A stretch of DNA of 32,000 bases from Roseateles amylovorans (lineage in GTDB: Bacteria > Pseudomonadota > Gammaproteobacteria > Burkholderiales > Burkholderiaceae_C), in contig NZ_CP104562.2 of assembly GCF_025398155.2 (NCBI RefSeq), forward strand, positions 1,183,602-1,215,601. The letters are read 5' to 3'. Made by a program: the position numbers and the translations under genes. Under the pieces are notes generated by a model, which saw nothing but the letters and a program-made list of their open reading frames with translations, was not told the origin of the DNA and did not search any database. Shown here piece by piece: positions 1 to 7,352 of this stretch (position 1 is the first letter of the stretch; each line of letters opens with the position of its first letter).

Positions 1-41
1 CGGCTGTGGCGCACCGGCGCATCGATGGCGCGGCGAATCAT
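1..41 (-). CDS. first 13 codons of another gene of the T2SS operon (gspN- or gspD-type position); runs off the left edge
   Basis: ATG at 41..39 overlaps the gspM stop codon (ATGA) and reads MIRRAIDAPVRHS leftwards. Too short to identify. Confidence 0.25.
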   Translation of the reverse strand, partial: MIRRAIDAPVRHS

Positions 42-535
42 GCGCCGGGGGCTGCGGGCAGCAGCACGGTGAGTCGTCCGGAGTAGCCTTGGGCGCCGGT
101 CTGCAGTTCCGCCTGTTGCGGACGTGCACGGGCGGTTTGGCGGGCTTCGATCAGCCAGGAGGTCAGTGCCGCGCCGGGGACGCCGCGCAAGCGGAGTTGG
201 GCCTGCGCGCCGGTGACGGTCAGTTCCGCGGCGGGACCGAGCCGCTCGGTCGCGGTGCGCAGGGCCGCAATGGATTGGTCGGCGCTGACGGGAACGATCT
301 GCCGGTATTGCTGGGTCTGCTCGGCCAGTTGCCGCATCTGCTGCAGCTCCCGATCCAGGCGATCCATGTCGGCCGGCGCCTTCTTCAGTGTGGACAGCGC
401 CGGTGCCAGCGCGATCAACCACAGCAGCAAGGCACCGACGGCCACCACGGCCAGTCGGACCATCAGACGCTCGCGCGGTTTGGCCGCCTGCCAGCGTTCG
501 TCGAATTGGCGCCGCCAGAGAGTGAGGCTGTTCAT
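38..535 (-). CDS. gspM: type II secretion system protein M
   Basis: 165-aa ORF with a short basic N-terminus, a single TM helix (LAVVAVGALLLWLIALAPAL) and a periplasmic domain. Its start overlaps the gspL stop by 4 nt, and it sits directly after gspL. Confidence 0.85.
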   Translation of the reverse strand: MNSLTLWRRQFDERWQAAKPRERLMVRLAVVAVGALLLWLIALAPALSTLKKAPADMDRLDRELQQMRQLAEQTQQYRQIVPVSADQSIAALRTATERLGPAAELTVTGAQAQLRLRGVPGAALTSWLIEARQTARARPQQAELQTGAQGYSGRLTVLLPAAPGA

Positions 536-1830
536 CGTGTTTGGGGCCGCAGGCTGAGGTTGAGGGAGTCGCCCTCGTCGGTGACGCTCAGTCCAGGTTC
601 CTGGACAAGGCGTTCTCGCAACTGCTGACGCACCGGCGGTGGCAGCCCGGTGAGTTGCAGGCGGTTGGATTCATAGCGCAGACCGGGCAGTGGCGGCTGG
701 CCGGCGGGCCAGGCGCGCGCGACCGCGGCCAGGAGATCTTCCATGTCGCCGGGGCCGATCTGACCGGCACCACCGCGCAGGGTCTCGGTTTCCTTGACCA
801 TCTGGGCGCGTGCGTCCCGGATCGTCCGCACCTGCGGGAAGGCCTGGCGCAGCACCAGTTCCTGCTCATTGCGGCGTGCATCAACGGCGCGGCTCTGCTG
901 CCAGGCCATCAGGTTCAAGCCGACCACCTGCACCAGCAACAGACCGACCAAGCCCCAGCGCACCGGCCGCCAGGCGGGTGTCTGCAACACCTGCCAGCCG
1001 CGGTAGATGCGCTGCCAGCCGCGTTGACGCGGCGTGAACTCGAGCTGCAGGAGGTTGATCGGCGCCTGCCGCGACAGCCAGGCGCGCTCGGTGTCATTGC
1101 GGACATCGACCGGGCGGCCCAGCCATTTTTCGGCCTCGCCTGCGACGGCGGGGCTGGCGGACACCACGGCCTCGGCCAGCCAGCGCTCGCCCAGCCAGGT
1201 GCGGATGCCGCTGCTGTCCAGCGGGAATGTGGCCACGCCCAGCGAGGTCCACGCACGCAGGCGCGGCCGGCCGTCCGCCCCGGGGACCACATGGCCGCCG
1301 GCGCGCAATTGCGGCCAGGACAAGGGATAGACCGCCTCCAACGCCAGGCCGGCGGCTTCGATCGCCTCCAGGTGCAGTCGCAGCGGCTCCCGGGCGGTGA
1401 TGGCCACCCACTGGGGCGCATCGGAGCCATCCATCAGCACGGTGTCGCCGCCGCCGTTCTTGTCGGGCGGAGGCGGCAGGGGCTGAAGCGCCAGCTTGGC
1501 CTTGCGGGACGCCGGCGCGTCGTCGCTGTCCATGATGGCAAAGTGCAGCCGCTCCGGGTCGTCCAGCACCTGTTCCTCCAGCATGCCGACCAGCGCATTG
1601 CGCAGTCGTGCACCTTTGAGGCTGGGCAATCGAACCGGCAACCAACTGACCTGGTCGTCGCCGATCACCGCGATCACCTGATCGGCGCGCGGGAGCTCGG
1701 CCAGCGGCGCGCGCTCACCCTGTCCGCGTGATGCGGGGGCCTGAGCGTCGGCGCTGAACCAATATTCATAGTCTTGCGGGCCCGCCTGGGGAGGCGGGGT
1801 CGCGGGCAGCAGAATGAGCAGGGTACTCAT
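532..1830 (-). CDS. gspL: type II secretion system protein L
   Basis: The ORF runs 532..1887. I chose the start at Met20 (ATG 1830, MSTLLILLPATPP), which is the usual GspL N-terminus. There is a TM helix near WRPVRWGLVGLLLVQVVGLNLMAW. Position is between gspK and gspM. Confidence 0.85.
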   Translation of the reverse strand: MSTLLILLPATPPPQAGPQDYEYWFSADAQAPASRGQGERAPLAELPRADQVIAVIGDDQVSWLPVRLPSLKGARLRNALVGMLEEQVLDDPERLHFAIMDSDDAPASRKAKLALQPLPPPPDKNGGGDTVLMDGSDAPQWVAITAREPLRLHLEAIEAAGLALEAVYPLSWPQLRAGGHVVPGADGRPRLRAWTSLGVATFPLDSSGIRTWLGERWLAEAVVSASPAVAGEAEKWLGRPVDVRNDTERAWLSRQAPINLLQLEFTPRQRGWQRIYRGWQVLQTPAWRPVRWGLVGLLLVQVVGLNLMAWQQSRAVDARRNEQELVLRQAFPQVRTIRDARAQMVKETETLRGGAGQIGPGDMEDLLAAVARAWPAGQPPLPGLRYESNRLQLTGLPPPVRQQLRERLVQEPGLSVTDEGDSLNLSLRPQTR

Positions 1831-2043
1831 GAGAAGGCGGATTCTAGGAGGGCTTGCATGACGGATCGGTCGCCCGTCCCTCCGCACAAGCCCGTAGTTG
1901 TTAGTTTGTGTCCAAGCATTCCAAAGCGTGGCTCACGGTGTCCGTCCGTTCGTCCACGCCGGACTTCATCCACACTTCACGCCAGCTTTACCCGCCGGTG
2001 GAGGTGCTTCAAGGCCATCGCGGTGATTGCGACCGTTACCCGT

Positions 2044-2109
2044 GGCAATGAGCCTTTCAATCGCCTTGCAATCGCCTCTCCGTTGCCTTGGGGTCGCCTG
2101 GCAATGGCG
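2044..2109. repeat. degenerate 11-bp periodic array (six units) inside the gspK-gspL gap
   Basis: Plus-strand units are GGCAATGAGCC, TTTCAATCGCC, TTGCAATCGCC, TCTCCGTTGCC, TTGGGGTCGCC and TGGCAATGGCG. Units 2 and 3 differ at one base. Five of the six end in GCC. Confidence 0.6.
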
Positions 2110-2132
2110 GGTCAAGCGCATGGCGCGTGCCT

Positions 2133-3179
2133 TCAGCGGTAATTCGTGTAGTTGGCCGAGGTCTGCTGCTGGATGCGCTCGCGGTCCAGCACCTTGAGGA
2201 CCAGCGATGTCGGGCTCTCCCGATTGACCAGCGAGCGCAGCGTCAGCACTCGATCATCCATGCGAAGTCGCCCCTCAACGAAGAAGTAAGTGGTGGTAAT
2301 AGCTGTCTGTTCTGCGGATAGGACGAAGGACTGCGGAAGGTAGGCCGCCACGTCTTCCAGCTTCGAGAACGGTTTGGAATCCCGGGCGCGGATCAGCCGG
2401 TCGGCGGTCGACAAGTCGATTCGCTCATCCAGCGCGGTGATCACTTCCCGCGGCGCGGTGTTGAGATTGACCGGCGTCGCCGCGGGCAGGATGACCACCA
2501 GGGGACGCAGACGCTCGATCTGCTCGGGCGACAGACCGAGCCAACGCAGTTGATCGAGTCGCATCGGCGTCAGTGGCACGTCACCTTGGGCTCCGCTGGC
2601 GGCACCGTTGATGGCCTGTTTGAGGCTCTTCTGCAACTGCGGGGCGATTGAGGTGTTCAACCCGGCACTCTGGAACAGCCGTGCGGCGATGGCCAGTTCC
2701 TTGGCGGCTTCGGCGGGGTCAGTCTTGACCAGGTTGCGCAGGTTGTAGCGCGACTGGGCATCCTCGATGCGGCCGGAGAGGTAGGCGTCCGGGCCCGAGT
2801 CGGCTGAGTGGTTGGAGTCGGTCGACAGGAAGCTGGAGAGACGGGCTTCCGCCAGCGGCACGGCCCAGACCTCGCCGAGATGGTCGGAGGGCGTCTTGAC
2901 GTTGGCCCGGCTGTCCTCGCGCAGGATCAGTCGTGCCCAGTCCAGCGCACCCTGCAGCACCCAGTCCGACTGGGCGCGACCCCGCTCGGCGGCTTCGATC
3001 TGGATGCTGCGCGCCTGGCGCCACATCATCGCGGCCGCCAGCGTGGTGATCAGCACCACGATCAGCAGCGCGGTCAGCAAGGCCGCGCCGCGATGGGGCC
3101 GGCGCGCTGGCGTCCGATGGCGCCGCTGCTGGAGCGGGCAAGCGGCGTGGCCATCGATGATGCGTTCGGGCTGGCTCAT
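2133..3179 (-). CDS. gspK: type II secretion system minor pseudopilin K
   Basis: 348-aa ORF with an N-terminal hydrophobic pseudopilin-like segment (GAALLTALLIVVLITTLAAAMMW) lacking the F/E pattern, as GspK does. It overlaps the gspJ stop by 4 nt. Confidence 0.88.
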   Translation of the reverse strand: MSQPERIIDGHAACPLQQRRHRTPARRPHRGAALLTALLIVVLITTLAAAMMWRQARSIQIEAAERGRAQSDWVLQGALDWARLILREDSRANVKTPSDHLGEVWAVPLAEARLSSFLSTDSNHSADSGPDAYLSGRIEDAQSRYNLRNLVKTDPAEAAKELAIAARLFQSAGLNTSIAPQLQKSLKQAINGAASGAQGDVPLTPMRLDQLRWLGLSPEQIERLRPLVVILPAATPVNLNTAPREVITALDERIDLSTADRLIRARDSKPFSKLEDVAAYLPQSFVLSAEQTAITTTYFFVEGRLRMDDRVLTLRSLVNRESPTSLVLKVLDRERIQQQTSANYTNYR

Positions 3180-3814
3180 TTACCGCCTCCGGCCGGCACC
3201 AGGACCTGACGGTTCAGTTCCCCCCGATAGCCGCTGTCCGGGCCGAACTGCAGACGCATCCGCACGCCGGCGGGGGTAGCCTGGCTGGTGCTGCCGTCGG
3301 TGTTCTTGTTCTGGTCCGCCTCCGACTGCGCATTGGTCCAGGCGTTGCCGCGGAAGAAATAGATCTGCCAGCCGATGACACCGGCGACGCCGGGCAGGCC
3401 GCGCAGTTCTTCCGCGCTGAGTTGCTGGCTGCGGAACCAGGCATCTTGCAGGGCATCGCGCTCGGTGGTGGGCGTCGACTCCCAGCGGGTGAGGCGGTTG
3501 TCCTTGATCTGCCAGCTCACCAGTTGCAGGCCGGTCTCGCGGCGGCGGGTCAGGCGCAGGGTGGCGCCGTCAAACGACACCGCGGTGATGACCTTGCTGT
3601 CCTGCACTTCACGCAGGTCCAGCTCCCACTGGCGCATCAAGGTCTGCAGGGTCTCGGCCCGATCCATGTGGGCTTCGTTGTGGTCGCGGGTGTTGGTCAG
3701 GGCCGACACGGCACGCCAGGCCATCACCGTCATCATCGCCATGATGACAAGGGCGACCAGCACCTCGATCAGCGTGAAGCCGCGACTGCGTCGCCGGGAG
3801 CGGAGCGCAGGCAT
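3176..3814 (-). CDS. gspJ: type II secretion system minor pseudopilin J
   Basis: 212 aa with a prepilin motif (RG-FTLIEVLVAL). Gene order is I-J-K. Confidence 0.88.
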   Translation of the reverse strand: MPALRSRRRSRGFTLIEVLVALVIMAMMTVMAWRAVSALTNTRDHNEAHMDRAETLQTLMRQWELDLREVQDSKVITAVSFDGATLRLTRRRETGLQLVSWQIKDNRLTRWESTPTTERDALQDAWFRSQQLSAEELRGLPGVAGVIGWQIYFFRGNAWTNAQSEADQNKNTDGSTSQATPAGVRMRLQFGPDSGYRGELNRQVLVPAGGGK

Positions 3815-3815
3815 C

Positions 3816-4205
3816 TCAGTAGCGACCCACGATGGTGGTGATGCTCAGCAGCGGCCGGTTGTCGCCATCGAACACCTGGGCCTCCACCCGACGGAAGTTC
3901 GGATTGGGTGTGGCGGCCACCGTCATGCGGCCGATGAAATCCCGGCCCATCTGGCTGCAACTGAAGTCGGTCTGCCCGACATTGGGAAAGTTCTGGGTCA
4001 GCCGCATCTCGGTCAATTCGTTCTCGGCACACCATTGCGCCAGACCGTTCATCTCGAGCCGGTCGGCGTTGCTGGTCATCGCTCCGCCGGCACGCATGCC
4101 GGCGGCCAGGCACAGGCCGACGATGGTCAACGCGACCAGCACTTCGATGAGTGTGAATCCGGCGGTCAAACGTTGGGCGGCCGGTGGGGTGCGGCGTGAA
4201 CTCAT
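3816..4205 (-). CDS. gspI: type II secretion system minor pseudopilin I
   Basis: 129 aa with a prepilin motif (AG-FTLIEVLVAL). Small size is typical of GspI. Confidence 0.88.
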   Translation of the reverse strand: MSSRRTPPAAQRLTAGFTLIEVLVALTIVGLCLAAGMRAGGAMTSNADRLEMNGLAQWCAENELTEMRLTQNFPNVGQTDFSCSQMGRDFIGRMTVAATPNPNFRRVEAQVFDGDNRPLLSITTIVGRY

Positions 4206-4696
4206 GGGGTGGCGCTCCCGCGCTGGACGCGGAACGGGCCCAGGCCGTCGGTGGAGACCGTCATGCGGTGGTCGCCACGGGTCAGCAGGATGCGTTGCGC
4301 GCCGATCAAGGGTTCAGGTCCGAGGCGAACCGATCGGCCATTGGCCGTCGCGCCCTGGATGTCCACCACCGGTGGCTCGCCGAGCCAGGACCGATTGAGC
4401 TGCAGACGGTCGATGAGATCCGGCGGCAGTCCGGTGAAGCGATAGCTGCCGCCGTCCTTGCCGTCCGGCATCCACCGCACATCCAATGACGCGGCCCGCG
4501 CTTCGGCGCGGGCGGTTTCAAGCACGCTGGCGAGATGGAGCGCCTCGCGCTCCAGGTCGGAATCGCCGCTGCGCCCCATCGAGATCGCCACCGCCGCACT
4601 GGCGATGGCGATGATGGTGATCGCGACGATCAGCTCGATCAGCGTGAAGCCGCGCGCCGCCCCTCGAGAGAGGCGGAGGCGGCGGGCACCGGTCAT
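4202..4696 (-). CDS. gspH: type II secretion system minor pseudopilin H
   Basis: 164 aa with a prepilin motif (RG-FTLIELIVAI). It overlaps gspG and gspI by 4 nt each. Confidence 0.88.
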   Translation of the reverse strand: MTGARRLRLSRGAARGFTLIELIVAITIIAIASAAVAISMGRSGDSDLEREALHLASVLETARAEARAASLDVRWMPDGKDGGSYRFTGLPPDLIDRLQLNRSWLGEPPVVDIQGATANGRSVRLGPEPLIGAQRILLTRGDHRMTVSTDGLGPFRVQRGSATP

Positions 4697-5124
4697 TCCC
4701 AGGAACCGATGTCGGCGTCGTTGCCTTCGCCGCCTGGCTTGCCGTCGGCGCCGAAGCTGTAGACGTCGATCTCGCCCTTCAGGCCGGGGCTGTCATATTG
4801 ATAGGCATTGCCCCAGGGATCCTTGGGCAGCTTCTCGATGTAGACCTTCCAGTTGTTCGGCACGTTGCCGTTGGTCGGTTTGGAGACCAAGGCCGTCAGA
4901 CCCTGGTCGCCGGACGGGTAACGTCCGTTGTCCATCTTGTAAAGCTTGAGGGCCTGGACCAGCGTGTTGACGTCGGTCTTGGCGGCGGTGCGCCGCGCGT
5001 CGGCCACATGGTTCATCACCGCCGGCACCACGACGGCGCCCATGACGGCAACGATGGTGATGGCCACGATCAGTTCGATCAGGGTGAAGCCGCGAGAGCG
5101 GCGAAGGGAAGAAGTCCGTTGCAT
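4693..5124 (-). CDS. gspG: type II secretion system major pseudopilin G
   Basis: 143 aa with RG-FTLIELIVAITIV and a conserved GspG core (LKLYKMDNGRYPS, DPWGNAYQY, GADGKPGGEGNDADIGSW). AAGGA lies upstream of the ATG. Confidence 0.95.
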   Translation of the reverse strand: MQRTSSLRRSRGFTLIELIVAITIVAVMGAVVVPAVMNHVADARRTAAKTDVNTLVQALKLYKMDNGRYPSGDQGLTALVSKPTNGNVPNNWKVYIEKLPKDPWGNAYQYDSPGLKGEIDVYSFGADGKPGGEGNDADIGSWE

Positions 5125-5185
5125 GGCTTTGCAATCCTTGCGGCGCCGCCCGCTGCGGCCCGTCGCGGTGAATCATAATCGGCGC

Positions 5186-5800
5186 ATGCATGCACGATGG
5201 TTAAGCTTCGTCACCTGGGCGCTGCTGGCGGCCAGCCTCGCGTATTGGTCGCTGGTGCTGATGTCCAGAGGCCCGCAGGGTCCCGCAATGACGCATTCGG
5301 CGGTGTCCGGCGGCGCGACTGCGGACTGGACACGCCTGTTTGCGTCCCTGGAACCGGTCGCCGGACCGGTCGAATCCGCGTCATCTCGTTACCAATTGTT
5401 GGGCGTGGTGGCCCCGTCGACCGCGGGTCATCCGGGCGAAGGCGTGGCGTTGATTGCGGTCAGCGGGGGGCCTCCGAAGACGGCGCGCGTGGGTCAGATC
5501 GTCGACGGCGACTTGTTGTTGATGGAAGTCACCCGACGTGAAATCGGCCTGGGCCGCGACGGCGTGGTGTCGATCCGGGTGAGCATGGCGCCCGGTGCAG
5601 CCGATCTGATGGCGCCCCCGGGCGGCGCGCCGATGTCGGGTGCACCGCAGCAACTGCCCATCGGTGGCGGCATGCCGCCGATGAACATGTCGGCAGGTCC
5701 GGGCGGGCCGGGCGGCGTGGTGTCGCCGTTGGCTGTCGGGGGGGCCTTGCCGGGCATGCCTCCGCCGCAAGCTCAGCAGCAGGACGGCGAGATCCGCTGA
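5186..5800 (+). CDS. gspC: type II secretion system protein C, short PDZ-less form with Pro/Gly/Met-rich tail
   Basis: Internal ATG (Met81) of ORF 4946..5800. The upstream part of that ORF is antisense to gspG. The product has a TM helix (WLSFVTWALLAASLAYWSLVLM) and an HR-like segment (YQLLGVVAPS...ALIAVSGGPPKTARVGQIVDGDLLLMEVTRREIGL). It is divergent from gspG. Confidence 0.7.
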   Translation: MHARWLSFVTWALLAASLAYWSLVLMSRGPQGPAMTHSAVSGGATADWTRLFASLEPVAGPVESASSRYQLLGVVAPSTAGHPGEGVALIAVSGGPPKTARVGQIVDGDLLLMEVTRREIGLGRDGVVSIRVSMAPGAADLMAPPGGAPMSGAPQQLPIGGGMPPMNMSAGPGGPGGVVSPLAVGGALPGMPPPQAQQQDGEIR

Positions 5801-5832
5801 CGGCGCTGCTGCGCCGAGGGCGCCAAGGACGC

Positions 5833-5870
5833 CAAGGGCACCGACAGCGGCGAGCGCCGCCGGTGCCTTG
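5833..5870. terminator. GC-rich compound stem-loop between convergent gspC and cobT-like genes (no U-tract)
   Basis: CAAG(G)GGCACCG ... CGGTGCCTTG outer arms with one bulge, enclosing an inner GCGGCG-ag-CGCCGC hairpin. No flanking T-run on either strand. Confidence 0.3.
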
Positions 5871-5872
5871 AT

Positions 5873-7000
5873 TCAGTGCTTTGAATTCAACGGCGGACGG
5901 ACGCTGCCCGGATTCGCCAGACCGCTGGGCGCGCTCGCGGCGCCGGACCCCGTGTGAAGTTCCGTGGGGCGGCTGTGGATCGGCCCCTCGGGCAAATCCT
6001 GCACATCGGTCAACAAGGCGGCGGCGCAACGCACCAGCGGCCAGGCGAGCGATGCGCCGGTGCCGTCGCCACAATCCATGCCCAACTCCAGCAGCGCTGC
6101 CGCGTGGAACAGGGCCAAGGCCTCGTCCAGGCCTTGGTGCGTGGTGCTGCGGCAGAACACGGCGTAGTCCGTGACCGGCGGCGCAATCATCGAGGCCACC
6201 TTCAGGGCGGCGCAGGCGGGCATGCCGTCGATCAGGATCAGTTGCCGCTTGCTGGCGGCGACCAGCATTGCCCCCGTCATCACCGCGAGCTCGAAACCGC
6301 CGAAGGCGGCGAGCACCGCCATCGGCTCCACGATGTCTCGATGGCGGGCCTGCGCGCTTTGCAGGACGATCAGCAGATGGGCCAGGTCCTCGTGCGGCAT
6401 GTCCGGGCCTGAGACCAGAAAGTCCCGCACCGGCATGTCCATCAAGCGCGAGAGCACCAGCGCGGCGGCTTCCATCGAGCCCTGTCCCAGGCCCGCGCAC
6501 GCAATCACGTTGCCGGCGAGGTTGTCGGAAATCTCCATGCCGACCCGCACACCCGCATGGGCCTGTTCGACCGTCATGGCCGGACCGACCCGGGCGTTGC
6601 GCGTGCCGTGTGCAATCTTGCGGGCCAGCAACCGAGGCTGAGGATTCAGCGGCTCGGCCACGCCGCAGTCCACGACGGTGACATGCATGCCCTGGTTGCG
6701 GGCGAACACGGTCGCCGGCAGCCGGTTCTGCAGGGCGAGCAGGGCTTGCTCCCGCGTCGTGCGGCCATTGGGCAAGGCCACGCCGTCCACGGCAAGTCCG
6801 TGATCACCGGCAAACAGGACCAGCGTCGGATCGTGCAGCTTGGGTGTCAGGGTGTTCTGAATCAGGCCCAGGCGGACCGCGAGCGGTTCGAGTTCTCCCA
6901 GTCGGCCGGCGATGGCACAACGGCGATCCAGGCGCGCGCGCAGGGCGCGTTCAAGTTCCGGATTGACGGTCGGCGAGATCAGGGACTGATGGATGGACAT
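5873..7000 (-). CDS. cobT: CobT-family protein (nicotinate-nucleotide--dimethylbenzimidazole phosphoribosyltransferase-like), divergent
   Basis: The ORF runs 5873..7234. I chose the start at Met79 (ATG 7000, MSIHQSL). Family-like blocks are LVLFAGDHGL, FGGFELAVMTGAMLVAA, LILIDGMPACAAL and GMDCGDGTGASLAWPLV. Several hallmark positions differ (see findings). Confidence 0.7.
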   Translation of the reverse strand: MSIHQSLISPTVNPELERALRARLDRRCAIAGRLGELEPLAVRLGLIQNTLTPKLHDPTLVLFAGDHGLAVDGVALPNGRTTREQALLALQNRLPATVFARNQGMHVTVVDCGVAEPLNPQPRLLARKIAHGTRNARVGPAMTVEQAHAGVRVGMEISDNLAGNVIACAGLGQGSMEAAALVLSRLMDMPVRDFLVSGPDMPHEDLAHLLIVLQSAQARHRDIVEPMAVLAAFGGFELAVMTGAMLVAASKRQLILIDGMPACAALKVASMIAPPVTDYAVFCRSTTHQGLDEALALFHAAALLELGMDCGDGTGASLAWPLVRCAAALLTDVQDLPEGPIHSRPTELHTGSGAASAPSGLANPGSVRPPLNSKH

Positions 7001-7352
7001 GAGGGGACGGCAATCGCAACCGCGGCGCTCAGGCGGAGGAACCAGCGCGCACGGGGTCGCTATTGTCGTCCCGCGGTCCGTTGAGGGCATCGGCAAATCC
7101 CCACCCGGCGCCCCTTGTCCTGGGGGCAGGCCGTGCGCTGGGCGATCCGGCGCCCCGGCTTGCTTCACCGCGGAAGCGGTTGAGTGGCGCCGCTGCCCTT
7201 GTGACACGAGGGGTACCGCTGACCGCATCCGCATGGCCCGCTGAGTCGTTCGTCAGGCGGCGGGAGGGGGCGTGACGTCGGCCCGCTGATCAAGTCTGAA
7301 TTCAGACCGGAGCGCGGGCGCGAGAACACTCGCTCGGCGATGGGCCGGCGGC

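Noticed and set aside
1774-2142. ORF in the gspK-gspL gap. An internal ATG at 1858 has a strong AGGAGG 6 nt upstream and would give a 94-aa Arg/Cys/Pro/Ser-rich peptide.
   Set aside because: By hand count only about two-thirds of third positions are G/C, clearly lower than in neighbouring genes. There are no motifs, TM segments or signal peptide. The ORF is antiparallel to the surrounding operon and overlaps the gspK stop. It is kept only as a remote possibility under the gap finding. Ribosome profiling or conservation of the reading frame would revive it.
4946-5185. N-terminal extensions offered by the ORF track: gspC from 4946, cobT to 7234, ilvA to 9011, coq7 to 10880, the permease from 13771, gspL to 1887 and cyaY from 19394.
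   Set aside because: The extensions overlap neighbouring genes or intergenic DNA. They are Arg/Pro-rich and often begin at TTG or GTG. Internal ATGs give the N-termini expected for each family, several with SD sequences.
7294-7307. Palindrome GTCTGAATTCAGAC just downstream of the ilvA stop, considered as an ilvA terminator.
   Set aside because: As RNA it gives only a 5-bp stem with a 4-nt loop and no proper U-tract. That is too weak to call a terminator, though it could be a protein-binding site.
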